DNA from: a virus
Taxonomy: Duplodnaviria; Caudoviricetes
IMG/VR virus record: IMGVR_UViG_3300048854_000267
Coordinates: 1 to 48,860 of that record
Strand: one strand, 5' to 3'
DNA length: 48,860 nucleotides
Notes under the pieces: generated by a model
Seen by the model: the letters and a program-made list of their open reading frames with translations, nothing else
The model's database searches: none
What the model was told of the DNA's origin: nothing
In this document: one piece after another, positions 26,616 to 36,640 of the stretch
How the letters are laid out: each line of letters opens with the position of its first letter
How positions within the stretch are numbered: the first letter of the stretch is position 1
Translations under genes and position numbers: made by a program

Positions 26616-29600
26616 TACTTATTTTCCTTTAGGTATTTATCCAACTCGTTCTGTGAGTTCTTGGCGAAGTCCAATGCGTCATTCATCTGCTTCTTTGTGT
26701 CATCGCTGACATCCATGTTTGCAATACGAGTGCGATAGTCGGTCATGCCGGGAAGGTTGAACGAATTGAACATCTGCTTGGTGAGGTTGGCATCTGTGCC
26801 AACAGAGTCACGCATCCACTGCTGCTGAATGATTTGCATAGCATCAGGATCGTTTGCGTAATACTGCATGGCAGCACCAGTAACGTCCGTCATAAACTTG
26901 GTATCGGGACTTTCGTTCTCGTAGTAATGCTGTGCGTAGAACTTCTTAATATCCTTATATACCTTCAATACTTGCTGTTTATGACTATTCGTGTCCTGAC
27001 GCATCTGATTTGCCAAGTCATAGTTCTGAGCCTGAGCCTGTGACGTAAAGCCGAATGCCTGTGCAATCACATCACCATTGGTCGTGTTGCTGTCAATCAG
27101 CGTGCCGTATTGGTCACGTCGCTCTCCAAACTTCTTCACCAGATATGCCTTGTGAGCATTGGAGAATCCCGAAGAAAGATCGGCAGTGGAGGTCATCAGG
27201 TCCACAAACTTCTCTGGCGTAGTCCGATCATCGAACGGTTTAGGATTGAAGAACGAAGCCATGTTCTTAGCTACGTTAGCGAATCGGCTACCGATCAAAC
27301 CAGAAGAAGGACTATTCATCACAGTTTGGTAGACGCCTTGCCCAGTGAGGCTGTGCCAAAGCTTCATCCACCCATCCAATCCGTACGGACTAAGAGCAGA
27401 GAAGTCTTGTTTGTGCGTTCCTTCAAAGATCGTATTCAACGTATGGTTGTACAGCGTTGACACAATCCCATCCCTCAATACCTCTGAAGCCGTTGAACCA
27501 TCATCCGGCATGAAATCGAAGTTCAGCGCATTCGACATTCCATCCAGAGCCGTTCCCCAAAGAAGCAAATCCCCAACAGCCATCTTTGCCCTAACAGCAG
27601 GATCGATACGACGATTGGTATATTGCAAGAGAGCCTTGTGAGGCATCTGCATGAACTGAAGGAGAGCAGCAGCAGCCCCTTGGTTATACGGCATGTCTCC
27701 AGCAGCATTCATGTCATACGTCAGCGCACGAATCTCACTCTGCATCTGCTCCATCACGTTACGATCTTTCACATTACGACCAAGAGCTTTGTAACGGTCA
27801 TACACAGCAGCGCTATGCGCCACCATATTTGCCAATTCTCCCGAGTCGAAACCCACACGACGGAGGGTTTGAGTCACAGCAGAAACACCTTTCGACAAGA
27901 GGTTTTGTTGATCCACCAGTGACGTGAGAGACGAACCAATCAGGTTATGATGTTTCACAGCTTCCGTGAATCCGCTACGATCCATGAACTTAGTGAAGTC
28001 GGTATCAATCCCACCAAATGCATGAGTGCTGTAGAACTCATTCATCAGCTTGGGAACACGTCCACTGATGATGCCTACCGGATTGTAGGAAGTGATTCGC
28101 CAAGCCTGTGCAGACTGCGTGATGATCTGGCGTAAGGGGTTGGTAGCGAGATAGGCTGCAAACACAGTCTTCTTCATCTTCCCCATTGGATCGGTTTCCC
28201 CAACAGCACGCAAGGCACGCTCAACCGTAGAGAATCCTTTGTGGCCTGCTTCGTCCGCCATCGTGTTGAATACAGCCTTCATGCCGTCATTCAGCGAGTT
28301 GATATAACCATTGCGGAGATAGTCCAGATATGCATACGTGCTACGTGCATCTGCCACCCGCTTGCTAGTGGTTTCTCCAAGACGGCCAATCTCGTCAATC
28401 GATTGTGGAAACTTGGCATCCCCCCAAGCCGTCTTCGGCAAGAGGGCAGAGTACTGCTGCATGAATCGATCGGTTGCAGTGTCGAGCATAGGACGCATCA
28501 CAGTACGCCCGCTGATGCTCTTAGCAGCCCGTTCAGCGCTCCGAGCAGGACTGTCTACATACTTCATATCCCCAAGCATGTTAGGCGCACTTGCGTCCTC
28601 TAGGAGCTGCCCACGCTGACGCTGGTTGATGCGGCCACCAGCACTGTGGATGTCCCAGTGTTCATCTGAGTTGAACCTGAACTCTCTGCTATCGTTGCGA
28701 AGGCTGTACATCTTCGAAGGATCGTTAGCCACCATACGCTTGATGAAAGCATTGGCTTCGTTCGTGTCACCAGCAACAGCAACAGTACGGAGCTTGTTGC
28801 CTTGTCCATCCACTTCATCAATGAACTTCGCACCGTTGTATGAAATCGAGTAGTAGCCTTTACGCTTGTTCAACACACCATCGCTATCTCGCAACCCACG
28901 CGAATACTCGGTAGGGGTTTGACGAATAATCATGTCTCCCACTTCCTCACCAGACAGAGTAGTAGGACGACGGAGTCGGGCGATGGTGCCACCCTTGTTG
29001 TACAGATCGTCTAGCTCACCGGGAGCAAAACTGCGTACAGTATCGGTAGCAGGGTCGTAAAATCGTGAGACGTTGCGAACCTTGCCAATGGGGCGAGCAA
29101 ACAATCGAGCATTCTTGTTTTCAAATAGTTCAAAGCCTTGGTTCCTCAGTGAACGAACAACATCAAGGTTTTCCAGATAGTGATGATCGTCCCAAAAATC
29201 ACGCCACTTACGAATAGCACCAACTTCGGCACTATTAAATCCGCGAGCAGCCAAGTCAGCTTGGTCAAAATCAATACCTTTAAAGTTCGCTTCCCGAATA
29301 TAGTCATTGACCTTTGCTTGTCTTGCTTCGGGGAATGAACGGAAATCCTTGGCGAAGTCTTCAGCCTTACCCACAAATGCTTTTTCAAACCGCGCGCCAT
29401 AATCTTTCGCAATGGCAGCCGGACCAGTGATGTACTTAGAGAGTTTTGATGCAGCGTCTAGAATGTATCCATTCAGATTGCCACGATTCTTGAAGAACGT
29501 ACCTGCAAACCTATCCAGTACATTACGCTTGACAGTGAGGTGTTCCATTTCGGAAGCGAACGTAGAACCAATTTCAGGATTGAACTTCACCTGAATCTTG

Positions 29601-31630
29601 AAGTCGCCTTCCTTCAGATTCTTAACGCTGTCTGCATCTACAGGAACGTGGTTGATGCCTTTCTTCTCAAGGATGGTGATGTCTGAATCATCTACACCAT
29701 AGTGACGAAGTGCGTACTTGGCTTGCTCCATTGCATCTTCTGCATTCGAGAAAGAGCCACCCGGAACCTCATACACCTGATTGATGATTGCACGATTGCC
29801 CTCCCACTTGAACGAACTCATTGCATCATTAGCAACCAGACCGCTTGCGTTTCCAAAGTCGTTCACTACCCGTGCACGAGCCGTAGCTTGTTCAGCAGGG
29901 GTGAGCGCATTGACGCTGGTGTCATTCACCAAATCCACAAGGCGAGGATCAACAGCATTCTCAATACGTGCGTTACGGTCGATGTCATTGGTGCGAGAGA
30001 AGACAACACCACTGTCCGAAGTCTGAGGCATCACGTTATTGACGATAGCCTGTTGCTTGTCCACACCTGTGAGTGCATCCGACATTTCATCAGTGCCCTT
30101 AATCACAGCTTCTTGGAATCCACGAGCCGCGTCAGGATTGGAGTTCTGTGCAATCTCCATCGGACTATTCGGATTGATGTCGTGAGTGACACTTTGCTTT
30201 GTCATGCGAGACATAAGTTGTGCCAGATTCTCTTTCGGTACTTGAGGCACACCCTTGGGCATCAGCAATGCAGGCACCTTGGAAGCAGGAGAAACATCCT
30301 TGACACCAGAGCCACCAAGAAGGGCAGGAACACCGTTCTGCCCGGCTGTAGTTGCTTCCTGTGCCACGCCCATTGCCCTAGGGGTGAGAAGGGCACCAGC
30401 GTCTTTCTGAGCAGTCTGTACAGACTTACCATCACCACCAAGCAACGTACCTACGTTCTGAGGTTGATTTACAGGAGTCTTAGTGCCTTCCAATGCAGGC
30501 TCAGCCTTTCCACCAGCCGACGTTGCCGCACCACCCATAGTGGGTTCTGCTGGAGCATTCGTCACAGGGCCACTACCAACCGTGCCTTCCTGTCGAACTG
30601 TCGAGGGAGTGTGGGCGTTAGCTTTGGCAAACTGTTGAGCTTCGGCATCCGTCAGTGGGCCAGTGCCACCACCCACCATACGAGCTACGTTCTTGCCCAT
30701 CAAACCAATATCGTGAATCGTGCTGCCTGCCAATGCGAGGTCAGCAATACCACCTAGGTTGTCAAGAAACTCACTGCCCGTGCCGTATGATTCCGTATTG
30801 AAAATCTTGTTAAATTGTTCAAATGCTTCGTGCTGGTTGTCATTGCCGTACAGGAAGCCTGAGTGGTTTTGTACAGAATTAAACATCACCTTCGCCACTG
30901 CCAATTGCTGTTGTGGAGGAAGGTTTTGAACATACCCCTGTAGGTCACGAGAAGCCGTACCGGGACGAACGTAAGTGGTGAAGTTCTTCCACCATTCACG
31001 AGGAACCCCCGTCTGTTTTGCAAGATCGTTATAAATCTTGTTTTCAATAATTGGGCTACGGAACGGAATCAAACCTGCTGCATGGTCGAAGAACTGAGTG
31101 CCGATGTCGGTCGAGTCTGCCTTCGCCTTCAGTTGGTTTGACATCACCTGAATAGCAGCACGGCTCTGTGCCATTTCGTTAATAGCATCCGATGTAGAGA
31201 TACGAGCATTCTCTGAGTCAACCGTCTCACCAGCAGAGGGCTTGGAGAGAAGATTGGTTTGGAGGATGGTGGACGTATCCGTCATCACAGGATTCAGATG
31301 GAATCCGCTTACAGCTTGTTGCTTCTGAGCCAGAGGGACAGTAGGATCGGCCAACACGCCCATCAGGCTCTTTTGATCTTGCTCCTTGATACCTGCCACT
31401 GCTTGCTGCTTAAGAAGCTTCTGAGTGGTATCTTGCCCTTGCTGTGCCTCCCCCATGATCGTGTTGTATGAGTCTTGGGCGGTGAAGGGGTTTGCCACCA
31501 AAGAAGTAATTGCTGCTTGGTTACGTGTAGCTGCAACAGGAGGAGGGGATGACGGCAGAGGGGAAGTCGTCACCAAATCATCTAGCGGTACTGGCGAGCT
31601 AATTGCCCCGCTGTCGTCAAGAATATCCAT
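26615..31630 (-). CDS. large internal virion / ejection protein (1671 aa)
   Basis: Largest ORF, downstream of the tail tube genes; AAGGA RBS. Confidence 0.8.
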   Translation of the reverse strand: MDILDDSGAISSPVPLDDLVTTSPLPSSPPPVAATRNQAAITSLVANPFTAQDSYNTIMGEAQQGQDTTQKLLKQQAVAGIKEQDQKSLMGVLADPTVPLAQKQQAVSGFHLNPVMTDTSTILQTNLLSKPSAGETVDSENARISTSDAINEMAQSRAAIQVMSNQLKAKADSTDIGTQFFDHAAGLIPFRSPIIENKIYNDLAKQTGVPREWWKNFTTYVRPGTASRDLQGYVQNLPPQQQLAVAKVMFNSVQNHSGFLYGNDNQHEAFEQFNKIFNTESYGTGSEFLDNLGGIADLALAGSTIHDIGLMGKNVARMVGGGTGPLTDAEAQQFAKANAHTPSTVRQEGTVGSGPVTNAPAEPTMGGAATSAGGKAEPALEGTKTPVNQPQNVGTLLGGDGKSVQTAQKDAGALLTPRAMGVAQEATTAGQNGVPALLGGSGVKDVSPASKVPALLMPKGVPQVPKENLAQLMSRMTKQSVTHDINPNSPMEIAQNSNPDAARGFQEAVIKGTDEMSDALTGVDKQQAIVNNVMPQTSDSGVVFSRTNDIDRNARIENAVDPRLVDLVNDTSVNALTPAEQATARARVVNDFGNASGLVANDAMSSFKWEGNRAIINQVYEVPGGSFSNAEDAMEQAKYALRHYGVDDSDITILEKKGINHVPVDADSVKNLKEGDFKIQVKFNPEIGSTFASEMEHLTVKRNVLDRFAGTFFKNRGNLNGYILDAASKLSKYITGPAAIAKDYGARFEKAFVGKAEDFAKDFRSFPEARQAKVNDYIREANFKGIDFDQADLAARGFNSAEVGAIRKWRDFWDDHHYLENLDVVRSLRNQGFELFENKNARLFARPIGKVRNVSRFYDPATDTVRSFAPGELDDLYNKGGTIARLRRPTTLSGEEVGDMIIRQTPTEYSRGLRDSDGVLNKRKGYYSISYNGAKFIDEVDGQGNKLRTVAVAGDTNEANAFIKRMVANDPSKMYSLRNDSREFRFNSDEHWDIHSAGGRINQRQRGQLLEDASAPNMLGDMKYVDSPARSAERAAKSISGRTVMRPMLDTATDRFMQQYSALLPKTAWGDAKFPQSIDEIGRLGETTSKRVADARSTYAYLDYLRNGYINSLNDGMKAVFNTMADEAGHKGFSTVERALRAVGETDPMGKMKKTVFAAYLATNPLRQIITQSAQAWRITSYNPVGIISGRVPKLMNEFYSTHAFGGIDTDFTKFMDRSGFTEAVKHHNLIGSSLTSLVDQQNLLSKGVSAVTQTLRRVGFDSGELANMVAHSAAVYDRYKALGRNVKDRNVMEQMQSEIRALTYDMNAAGDMPYNQGAAAALLQFMQMPHKALLQYTNRRIDPAVRAKMAVGDLLLWGTALDGMSNALNFDFMPDDGSTASEVLRDGIVSTLYNHTLNTIFEGTHKQDFSALSPYGLDGWMKLWHSLTGQGVYQTVMNSPSSGLIGSRFANVAKNMASFFNPKPFDDRTTPEKFVDLMTSTADLSSGFSNAHKAYLVKKFGERRDQYGTLIDSNTTNGDVIAQAFGFTSQAQAQNYDLANQMRQDTNSHKQQVLKVYKDIKKFYAQHYYENESPDTKFMTDVTGAAMQYYANDPDAMQIIQQQWMRDSVGTDANLTKQMFNSFNLPGMTDYRTRIANMDVSDDTKKQMNDALDFAKNSQNELDKYLKENK

Positions 31631-31638
31631 TTAATTCC

Positions 31639-32151
31639 TTAAGTTTGTTGTGCGGTAGTGCCCGGAATCTTTGCTGCTTTCCCGTACGCACCCATACCCA
31701 TAGATGCCACACTGCTGATGGTCGAGAAGATGGACGACAACCCTTGCATCTGTCCCGCCTTCTGGCTTGCGTCGAACATCGTCTGGTTGGCTTCGTTAAT
31801 GTCATTGCCAATACGAACGCCTCTGTCATACTGTCCTTGGATGTCGCCTTGATTGGTCGCGTACTGAGTTTGCAAACTACCAAGTGCACCTAGTTCACCA
31901 GAGCTATATTCAACCCCAGTGTTCTCCGAAGACTGCATAATTCGGGCACGTTTGATTCGATCTTGTCGATATTGGTCACGAGCAGCTTGAGCCGCCTGTT
32001 GTGCGTTAGACGCTCTTTGTTCAGAAGCAGCTTGTTGCTGCAAGTCATTGGAGTGCCGTGCTGCTGCTCGTTGCTGATTACCTGATACAATTGCTGTAGT
32101 GGTGGAAGCTACTGCTGCAACAACGGCAACAACAGCTAGTGCTACTGGCAT
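31639..32151 (-). CDS. small ejection protein (T7 gp14-like position, 170 aa)
   Basis: AAGGAG RBS before ATG 32151; hydrophobic N-terminus, A/Q-rich body, G/S-rich C-terminus. Confidence 0.75.
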   Translation of the reverse strand: MPVALAVVAVVAAVASTTTAIVSGNQQRAAARHSNDLQQQAASEQRASNAQQAAQAARDQYRQDRIKRARIMQSSENTGVEYSSGELGALGSLQTQYATNQGDIQGQYDRGVRIGNDINEANQTMFDASQKAGQMQGLSSIFSTISSVASMGMGAYGKAAKIPGTTAQQT

Positions 32152-32152
32152 A

Positions 32153-32602
32153 TTAAATCTCCTTGCAGTAGACAACTTCCATAGGCCTATAACCAAGACG
32201 AGCCAGGATTTTTCCGAGAGGAGAATCCATTGGAGAATTCCATGTCATCATGTCCGCTCCAAATTCTTTTGCCTTATTAGAAGTGCCTTTGATTAGCCGA
32301 ATGCCTAAGGGTGTGTCTCTAAATAAAGGATCGACATACAAGGCATCATTTGTACACGTAATACCGCCTGCGGCATGTACGTTCGGTCCTAGGAAATTGA
32401 CAGAGTAGCCAACAATCAGATTGTCATAGAACGCAAACAAACCGAAAGCACTACCTGCATCTTCCATAGTTCCGTACAGTGGGAAATCAATCGATACCTT
32501 TCTATCGGTATCTTGTCCATACACTTCTTCCCAGTGATCTTCGAACAAGTCTTCAAGTTCGTAGAGAGTAGGGATAAGAGGGAGTTGTTTGATTTCAACC
32601 AT
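32153..32602 (-). CDS. GNAT-family acetyltransferase-like protein
   Basis: LYVDPLFR...LG..L acetyl-CoA loop; ARLGY C-terminal motif. Confidence 0.8.
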   Translation of the reverse strand: MVEIKQLPLIPTLYELEDLFEDHWEEVYGQDTDRKVSIDFPLYGTMEDAGSAFGLFAFYDNLIVGYSVNFLGPNVHAAGGITCTNDALYVDPLFRDTPLGIRLIKGTSNKAKEFGADMMTWNSPMDSPLGKILARLGYRPMEVVYCKEI

Positions 32603-32627
32603 TTCGATTCCTAGTCAGTAAATACTT

Positions 32628-32658
32628 TATTTATCTATTTAATTGTTGGATTGTTACG
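32628..32658 (-). promoter_or_regulatory. putative phage-sigma promoter CGTAAC-N18-ATAAATA
   Basis: Intergenic, upstream of the GNAT/ejection genes; boxes identical to the 39031-39061 site. Confidence 0.8.
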
Positions 32659-32678
32659 TAAGAGCCGAAGCCCTTACG
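32657..32678 (-). other. cUUCGg tetraloop hairpin at the end of the tail nozzle gene
   Basis: CGTAAGGGC-TTCG-GCTCTTACG; no U-tract, so a stabilising or pausing hairpin rather than a clear terminator. Confidence 0.6.
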
Positions 32679-34965
32679 CAATCTGGTTAAGGTTCACTGA
32701 AACATTCCAGCCTAAGATTTGGCAGTCTTTCCCTGATTCAGTCTCGAAATAGAGAGCGAAAGCCTTGCCACGGCCACGTAGTTTGTTCTTCGTCTGAATG
32801 ACAGAGAAGCCAGTGTCGTACACGTCATCCAGTCCTTCAGAGAAACGAACTTTCCTGTAGCGGTATGCTTGAACCAACGGACTCCACTTGTTGCTCTGGA
32901 TTGCGTTAGCAAAGTTCCACTGGGAACGCATGAGACAACTCGACTGATGGAGGGGGGTTAAGTTGGAATCAACGCCATTCTCTGTACGTACGAAGTTCAT
33001 CGTTAGGTAGGGAGTTTGTTTGTCAATCGACGAATCACCACCCGTAGAACTGCCCGTTAGGCAATATGCTTTGGCATCCGTACCAACACCATCAATCGAT
33101 TTCCAGTCAAGAAACTCTGTTTGATGATAGCTCGCAATGGACAGCTTGTACGAGCCACCGACATATGACACAGCCAAGTAACGTAGATACTGCACAGAAG
33201 ATATCGTTGAAAGCTCCTCTGTTACCACGTCATCCGGACCGGAGAACACTTGGTTGTTGTCTACAAAGATTGACGTGGGGCTTTGCGCCGTAACAAACAA
33301 CTGACTCTGGAATAGAGACATGAGTTCAGTTGTCACTGTGTCTCCGTTGGCAATCACGTTCTGAGTGAAGGCGTTCAGCATCGAATCGAAGATGAGTTCT
33401 TTCGTAACAGAGCTTGAGGCGAACAACTCACCACTCTTGTACACCCAACGAATCTTCTTGTTGATCTGATCGTATCCACCGAACGCACCGATCTTCGAAA
33501 TGTTCGGGATGGCTTGGTATAGCTTCTGGATTGTCGTTAGCGTCATCGAAGTAACTTGCAAGTCTCCGAATTGGTTTTGACCAATCTTGTAGATGCCATC
33601 GTTAGCCCAGTAGTAGCAGGTATCTCCTTCCACAACAACGGACGATTCAGAAAGTCCACCGAATGCAGAAATCTTGCTCACCTTGTAGCTGGTAGCTGCG
33701 AAGCCACTTTGTTGCGTGCCACCCGTCACATACCACACACCGTTCTCAGCAATAATCACTAGATTGATACCAAGCGAGCGCATAGCGATGATGTTCTGTG
33801 CGCCTGAGATACGAAGGAAACCGCCATCCGTATCAATCACATCCGAACTGTCACGGCTGGTAGGGTCGCCATCTTGATAACATTTATTGATGTCTGGACG
33901 GCTCTTAACCAGTTGCGAGAAGAAGATATAGTTGGCGTAGTTGGGGCTTCGTGAATCACCACCAACAACCTCCCCTCGGAATCCACCGTAGAAGATACGG
34001 CCAGCAAACTCCGCTACACACTTCGGACCATACGGGCTGTAGTCCGCAGGTAGGTTGGGATTGATACCGGTGTTCGTGTACTTGCCTACGTTCTGCGCCA
34101 GTGCATCAGTACGTCCCTGTCCTCGACGAAGGGCATCAATGATGAAATAACCCTTAGCTGCAACAGTTTTCGCACCAATAGTCTCGTTGTACAGGTTTGG
34201 GAACACCCGCTCATAGGGAGTCTGATTGACCGATACCGCCTGATACTGCATGCCCGTCCAAACTTGCTCAGAGTTGCTAGGCAACACTAGCATGTAGTCT
34301 TTATAGATTTTGATGGCGTCAGTGGCTACACCTTTCGAATCCGCACGAGGGATACCCCATGATTGATTCTGTAGGTTGTATCTGTGCAAGGTAGACTCAC
34401 CACCACGATAGGTAGGATCAACCTCATACTGGGGAATCTCAGTCTCTTGAACACCCCACAAGTCACGAGTGAGAATGCGTTCATACGTAACCGTGAACGC
34501 CCCATTGACGTACTCTACAACAGCGTACTGTTCGGTTCCCGAGGCAAGAACAAGTAAGCCTTCTACGTCCGTCAGGGAGAAGATGGTGTCGCTAGGAAAC
34601 TGATCTACAACCAAGTATCCTGCTGCACCATTTGCTGTGATTGGGTCTTGATCGACATTGAAGAACCACAGCTTGTTAGCCAGTTGGATTACAGCGAAGT
34701 TTGAATCTGGATTACCACCAGCAGCAAGCCAACGATAGGAATTCCAGCCCGCATTAGAAAGCTGATCTAGCGTCAATCCAGTTTCAGTGAAAGTAAATCC
34801 ATCCTCATAATCCATCCCAAGACGACGCGAACGACTGCCATCACGATGGAGGTCAAAATTCACTTCATCTGCTGAAGCGTTAGGAGGGAAGTTGAGGGGA
34901 CTCGCTTCTGTAATCAAACCGCCAACAAACGAATTAACTTCCGCTCTTTGGCTCTGCTTCGGCAT
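32674..34965 (-). CDS. tail tubular protein B / nozzle (763 aa)
   Basis: N-terminal F.GGL.TEASPL, beta-propeller-like content; size and position after the adaptor. Confidence 0.85.
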   Translation of the reverse strand: MPKQSQRAEVNSFVGGLITEASPLNFPPNASADEVNFDLHRDGSRSRRLGMDYEDGFTFTETGLTLDQLSNAGWNSYRWLAAGGNPDSNFAVIQLANKLWFFNVDQDPITANGAAGYLVVDQFPSDTIFSLTDVEGLLVLASGTEQYAVVEYVNGAFTVTYERILTRDLWGVQETEIPQYEVDPTYRGGESTLHRYNLQNQSWGIPRADSKGVATDAIKIYKDYMLVLPSNSEQVWTGMQYQAVSVNQTPYERVFPNLYNETIGAKTVAAKGYFIIDALRRGQGRTDALAQNVGKYTNTGINPNLPADYSPYGPKCVAEFAGRIFYGGFRGEVVGGDSRSPNYANYIFFSQLVKSRPDINKCYQDGDPTSRDSSDVIDTDGGFLRISGAQNIIAMRSLGINLVIIAENGVWYVTGGTQQSGFAATSYKVSKISAFGGLSESSVVVEGDTCYYWANDGIYKIGQNQFGDLQVTSMTLTTIQKLYQAIPNISKIGAFGGYDQINKKIRWVYKSGELFASSSVTKELIFDSMLNAFTQNVIANGDTVTTELMSLFQSQLFVTAQSPTSIFVDNNQVFSGPDDVVTEELSTISSVQYLRYLAVSYVGGSYKLSIASYHQTEFLDWKSIDGVGTDAKAYCLTGSSTGGDSSIDKQTPYLTMNFVRTENGVDSNLTPLHQSSCLMRSQWNFANAIQSNKWSPLVQAYRYRKVRFSEGLDDVYDTGFSVIQTKNKLRGRGKAFALYFETESGKDCQILGWNVSVNLNQIA

Positions 34966-35138
34966 CAGGCAACCTTCGAATCGACGTACATGTCAATCAA
35001 GCTCTTTGCTGTACCGCGATCTGTGAAAACACCTTCCAGAATCTTTGGAATCTTGCCGGCCTTGCCATGATGAACGATGATTAGGCTACGGGGGTTAGCC
35101 TTCTGAGGGATAATATCGAAACCTTTGTACTCAGTCAT
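34965..35138 (-). CDS. small hypothetical protein (57 aa, MTEYKGFDII...)
   Basis: Read manually; AGGAG RBS; ATGA and TGATG overlaps at its ends. Confidence 0.8.
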   Translation of the reverse strand: MTEYKGFDIIPQKANPRSLIIVHHGKAGKIPKILEGVFTDRGTAKSLIDMYVDSKVA

Positions 35139-35890
35139 TTTGAACTCCTACGTCCGTAGTTTTGGTAGCGAACACCACCATGTGTGCGCCAAGCTTTTCG
35201 GGAAAGCCACTTTTGTTGTCGTTGTGCTTTGGCTTCTGCTTTCTGATTTGCCATCTGCTTGAGTGTCAGAAATACAGTACTTTTAGATTCTTCTACAAGC
35301 AGCGGGAAGGCTTCTGAGGGAAGATCGGGTACTGCATCGTCCTCATGGTCCCAAGAAGGCTCCATATAGGCCATACATTGCGTCTTGGCGGATTGGAGAG
35401 TGTCTTCCAATTGCTTCGTATATGAATCACATACAATGTACGTGTCATCGAAGGAAGTCCAATACGAAGGAGCCCAACGCGTATCAATCAGCAGGGACAA
35501 GCCACTCGTATCCTTAACAGTGAGAATGTTTGTATCGTTGCTATTCCGATTTGATACGTACCTAAGGAACTCGTCAGGATAGAGATACTTAACGTCCTGC
35601 ATCTGAATCCGGTTGTCATCAGGACGCTGCTTGTCGTACCGGAAGAAAATAAGTTCCTTGATGTTCTCAGGAATCTTGAAGTGAGTTGGCTTGGTGACAT
35701 CCACCGATGAATCAAGAGCAATCAACTTGCGAAGGTGAGGCCAGTTTCGATTGGCGATAAGTTCGAAGTAGCAGCCTTTGACAATCGTGGCAACCTGTTG
35801 GCTTTCAATTGTATCGTCAATGCTATTTACTTCATCACTATCCATTTCATTCAAGATGTCCTGAACGATTTCCAACAATGACAGTTTCAT
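35135..35890 (-). CDS. tail tubular protein A / adaptor (251 aa)
   Basis: LLEIVQDIL..MDSDEVNSI.DT.ES.QVA N-terminus typical of podovirus adaptors. Confidence 0.85.
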   Translation of the reverse strand: MKLSLLEIVQDILNEMDSDEVNSIDDTIESQQVATIVKGCYFELIANRNWPHLRKLIALDSSVDVTKPTHFKIPENIKELIFFRYDKQRPDDNRIQMQDVKYLYPDEFLRYVSNRNSNDTNILTVKDTSGLSLLIDTRWAPSYWTSFDDTYIVCDSYTKQLEDTLQSAKTQCMAYMEPSWDHEDDAVPDLPSEAFPLLVEESKSTVFLTLKQMANQKAEAKAQRQQKWLSRKAWRTHGGVRYQNYGRRSSK

Positions 35891-36570
35891 TAGAGAGCGC
35901 GCACCAGTTGAAGCGAGAAGTGGACATCGCTAAGGATTAAGCTACCTGCGCCAGTTGACGCTACATAAAGCTGGAGGTAGTCATTGATGGCAAGTTGGAT
36001 CATCGAGCATCCAGAGATATTTCGTGCATCCGTAGTTGCAGCAGCATTCGCCATAGGATGCTTGTTTGCGAAGGTAGCCCCATTGAGACGATGCTTAATT
36101 GCCACCTTGGATGTTGCTGTAGGGAACTGCGCTATATTTGCCCAGTAGTCAAGGCGATAGATACCCGCTACAGGCGCTACAAGCTGGTTGGTATTGAAGG
36201 TAACCCCAAGCATCACTGACGTGGCCTGCCAAGGAGCTCCCGTGCCGTTGATAAGAACGTAATCGGTATTGCTATTAAGAGACGGGTCAGCAGCAGCCGT
36301 GGTAGTGAAGGCATTGGTGTTATTCACAATCTCCATCGTTCCATAGGCTGCATCTGTCTTGAACTGGAAACCACCACTACCATTCGACAGAGTACGCATG
36401 TTGGAACTGCCACCATCCCCTGCAAGCCCACTTAGCGTGCTTGAATCAGGCTTCTTCCACGTACCTGTGCCACTACCATTAGCGAAGTATGCTGTGCCTG
36501 CCGAAGCCGTGCTAATGCCCTTGGGCTCATGAATCTTCCCATCCGGGATGTCTGCATGTTGTACAGTAAT
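35890..36570 (-). CDS. virion structural/fibre protein (226 aa) with probable ATT start
   Basis: Frame is open 57 codons upstream of the ATG at 36399; GAGGT RBS 7 nt before ATT 36570; N-terminus TVQHADIPDGKIHEPKG...GSGTGTW. Confidence 0.8.
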   Translation of the reverse strand: MTVQHADIPDGKIHEPKGISTASAGTAYFANGSGTGTWKKPDSSTLSGLAGDGGSSNMRTLSNGSGGFQFKTDAAYGTMEIVNNTNAFTTTAAADPSLNSNTDYVLINGTGAPWQATSVMLGVTFNTNQLVAPVAGIYRLDYWANIAQFPTATSKVAIKHRLNGATFANKHPMANAAATTDARNISGCSMIQLAINDYLQLYVASTGAGSLILSDVHFSLQLVRAL

Positions 36571-36594
36571 TTTGTGTACCTCTTTTCCTTAGAT

Positions 36595-36636
36595 AAAGAA
36601 AAAGGGGCAGGCAGGCTTTTGGCCTACCGCCCCTTG
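36595..36636 (-). terminator. rho-independent terminator after the capsid genes
   Basis: AAGGGGCGGTAGGC-CAAAA-GCCTGCCTGCCCCTT followed by TTTCTTT. Confidence 0.9.
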
Positions 36637-36640
36637 TCTA

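Noticed and set aside
29702-30757. 351-aa plus-strand ORF (also 23462-24181, 37454-37987, 46708-47193)
   Set aside because: Antisense to structural genes; explained by codon bias of the real genes
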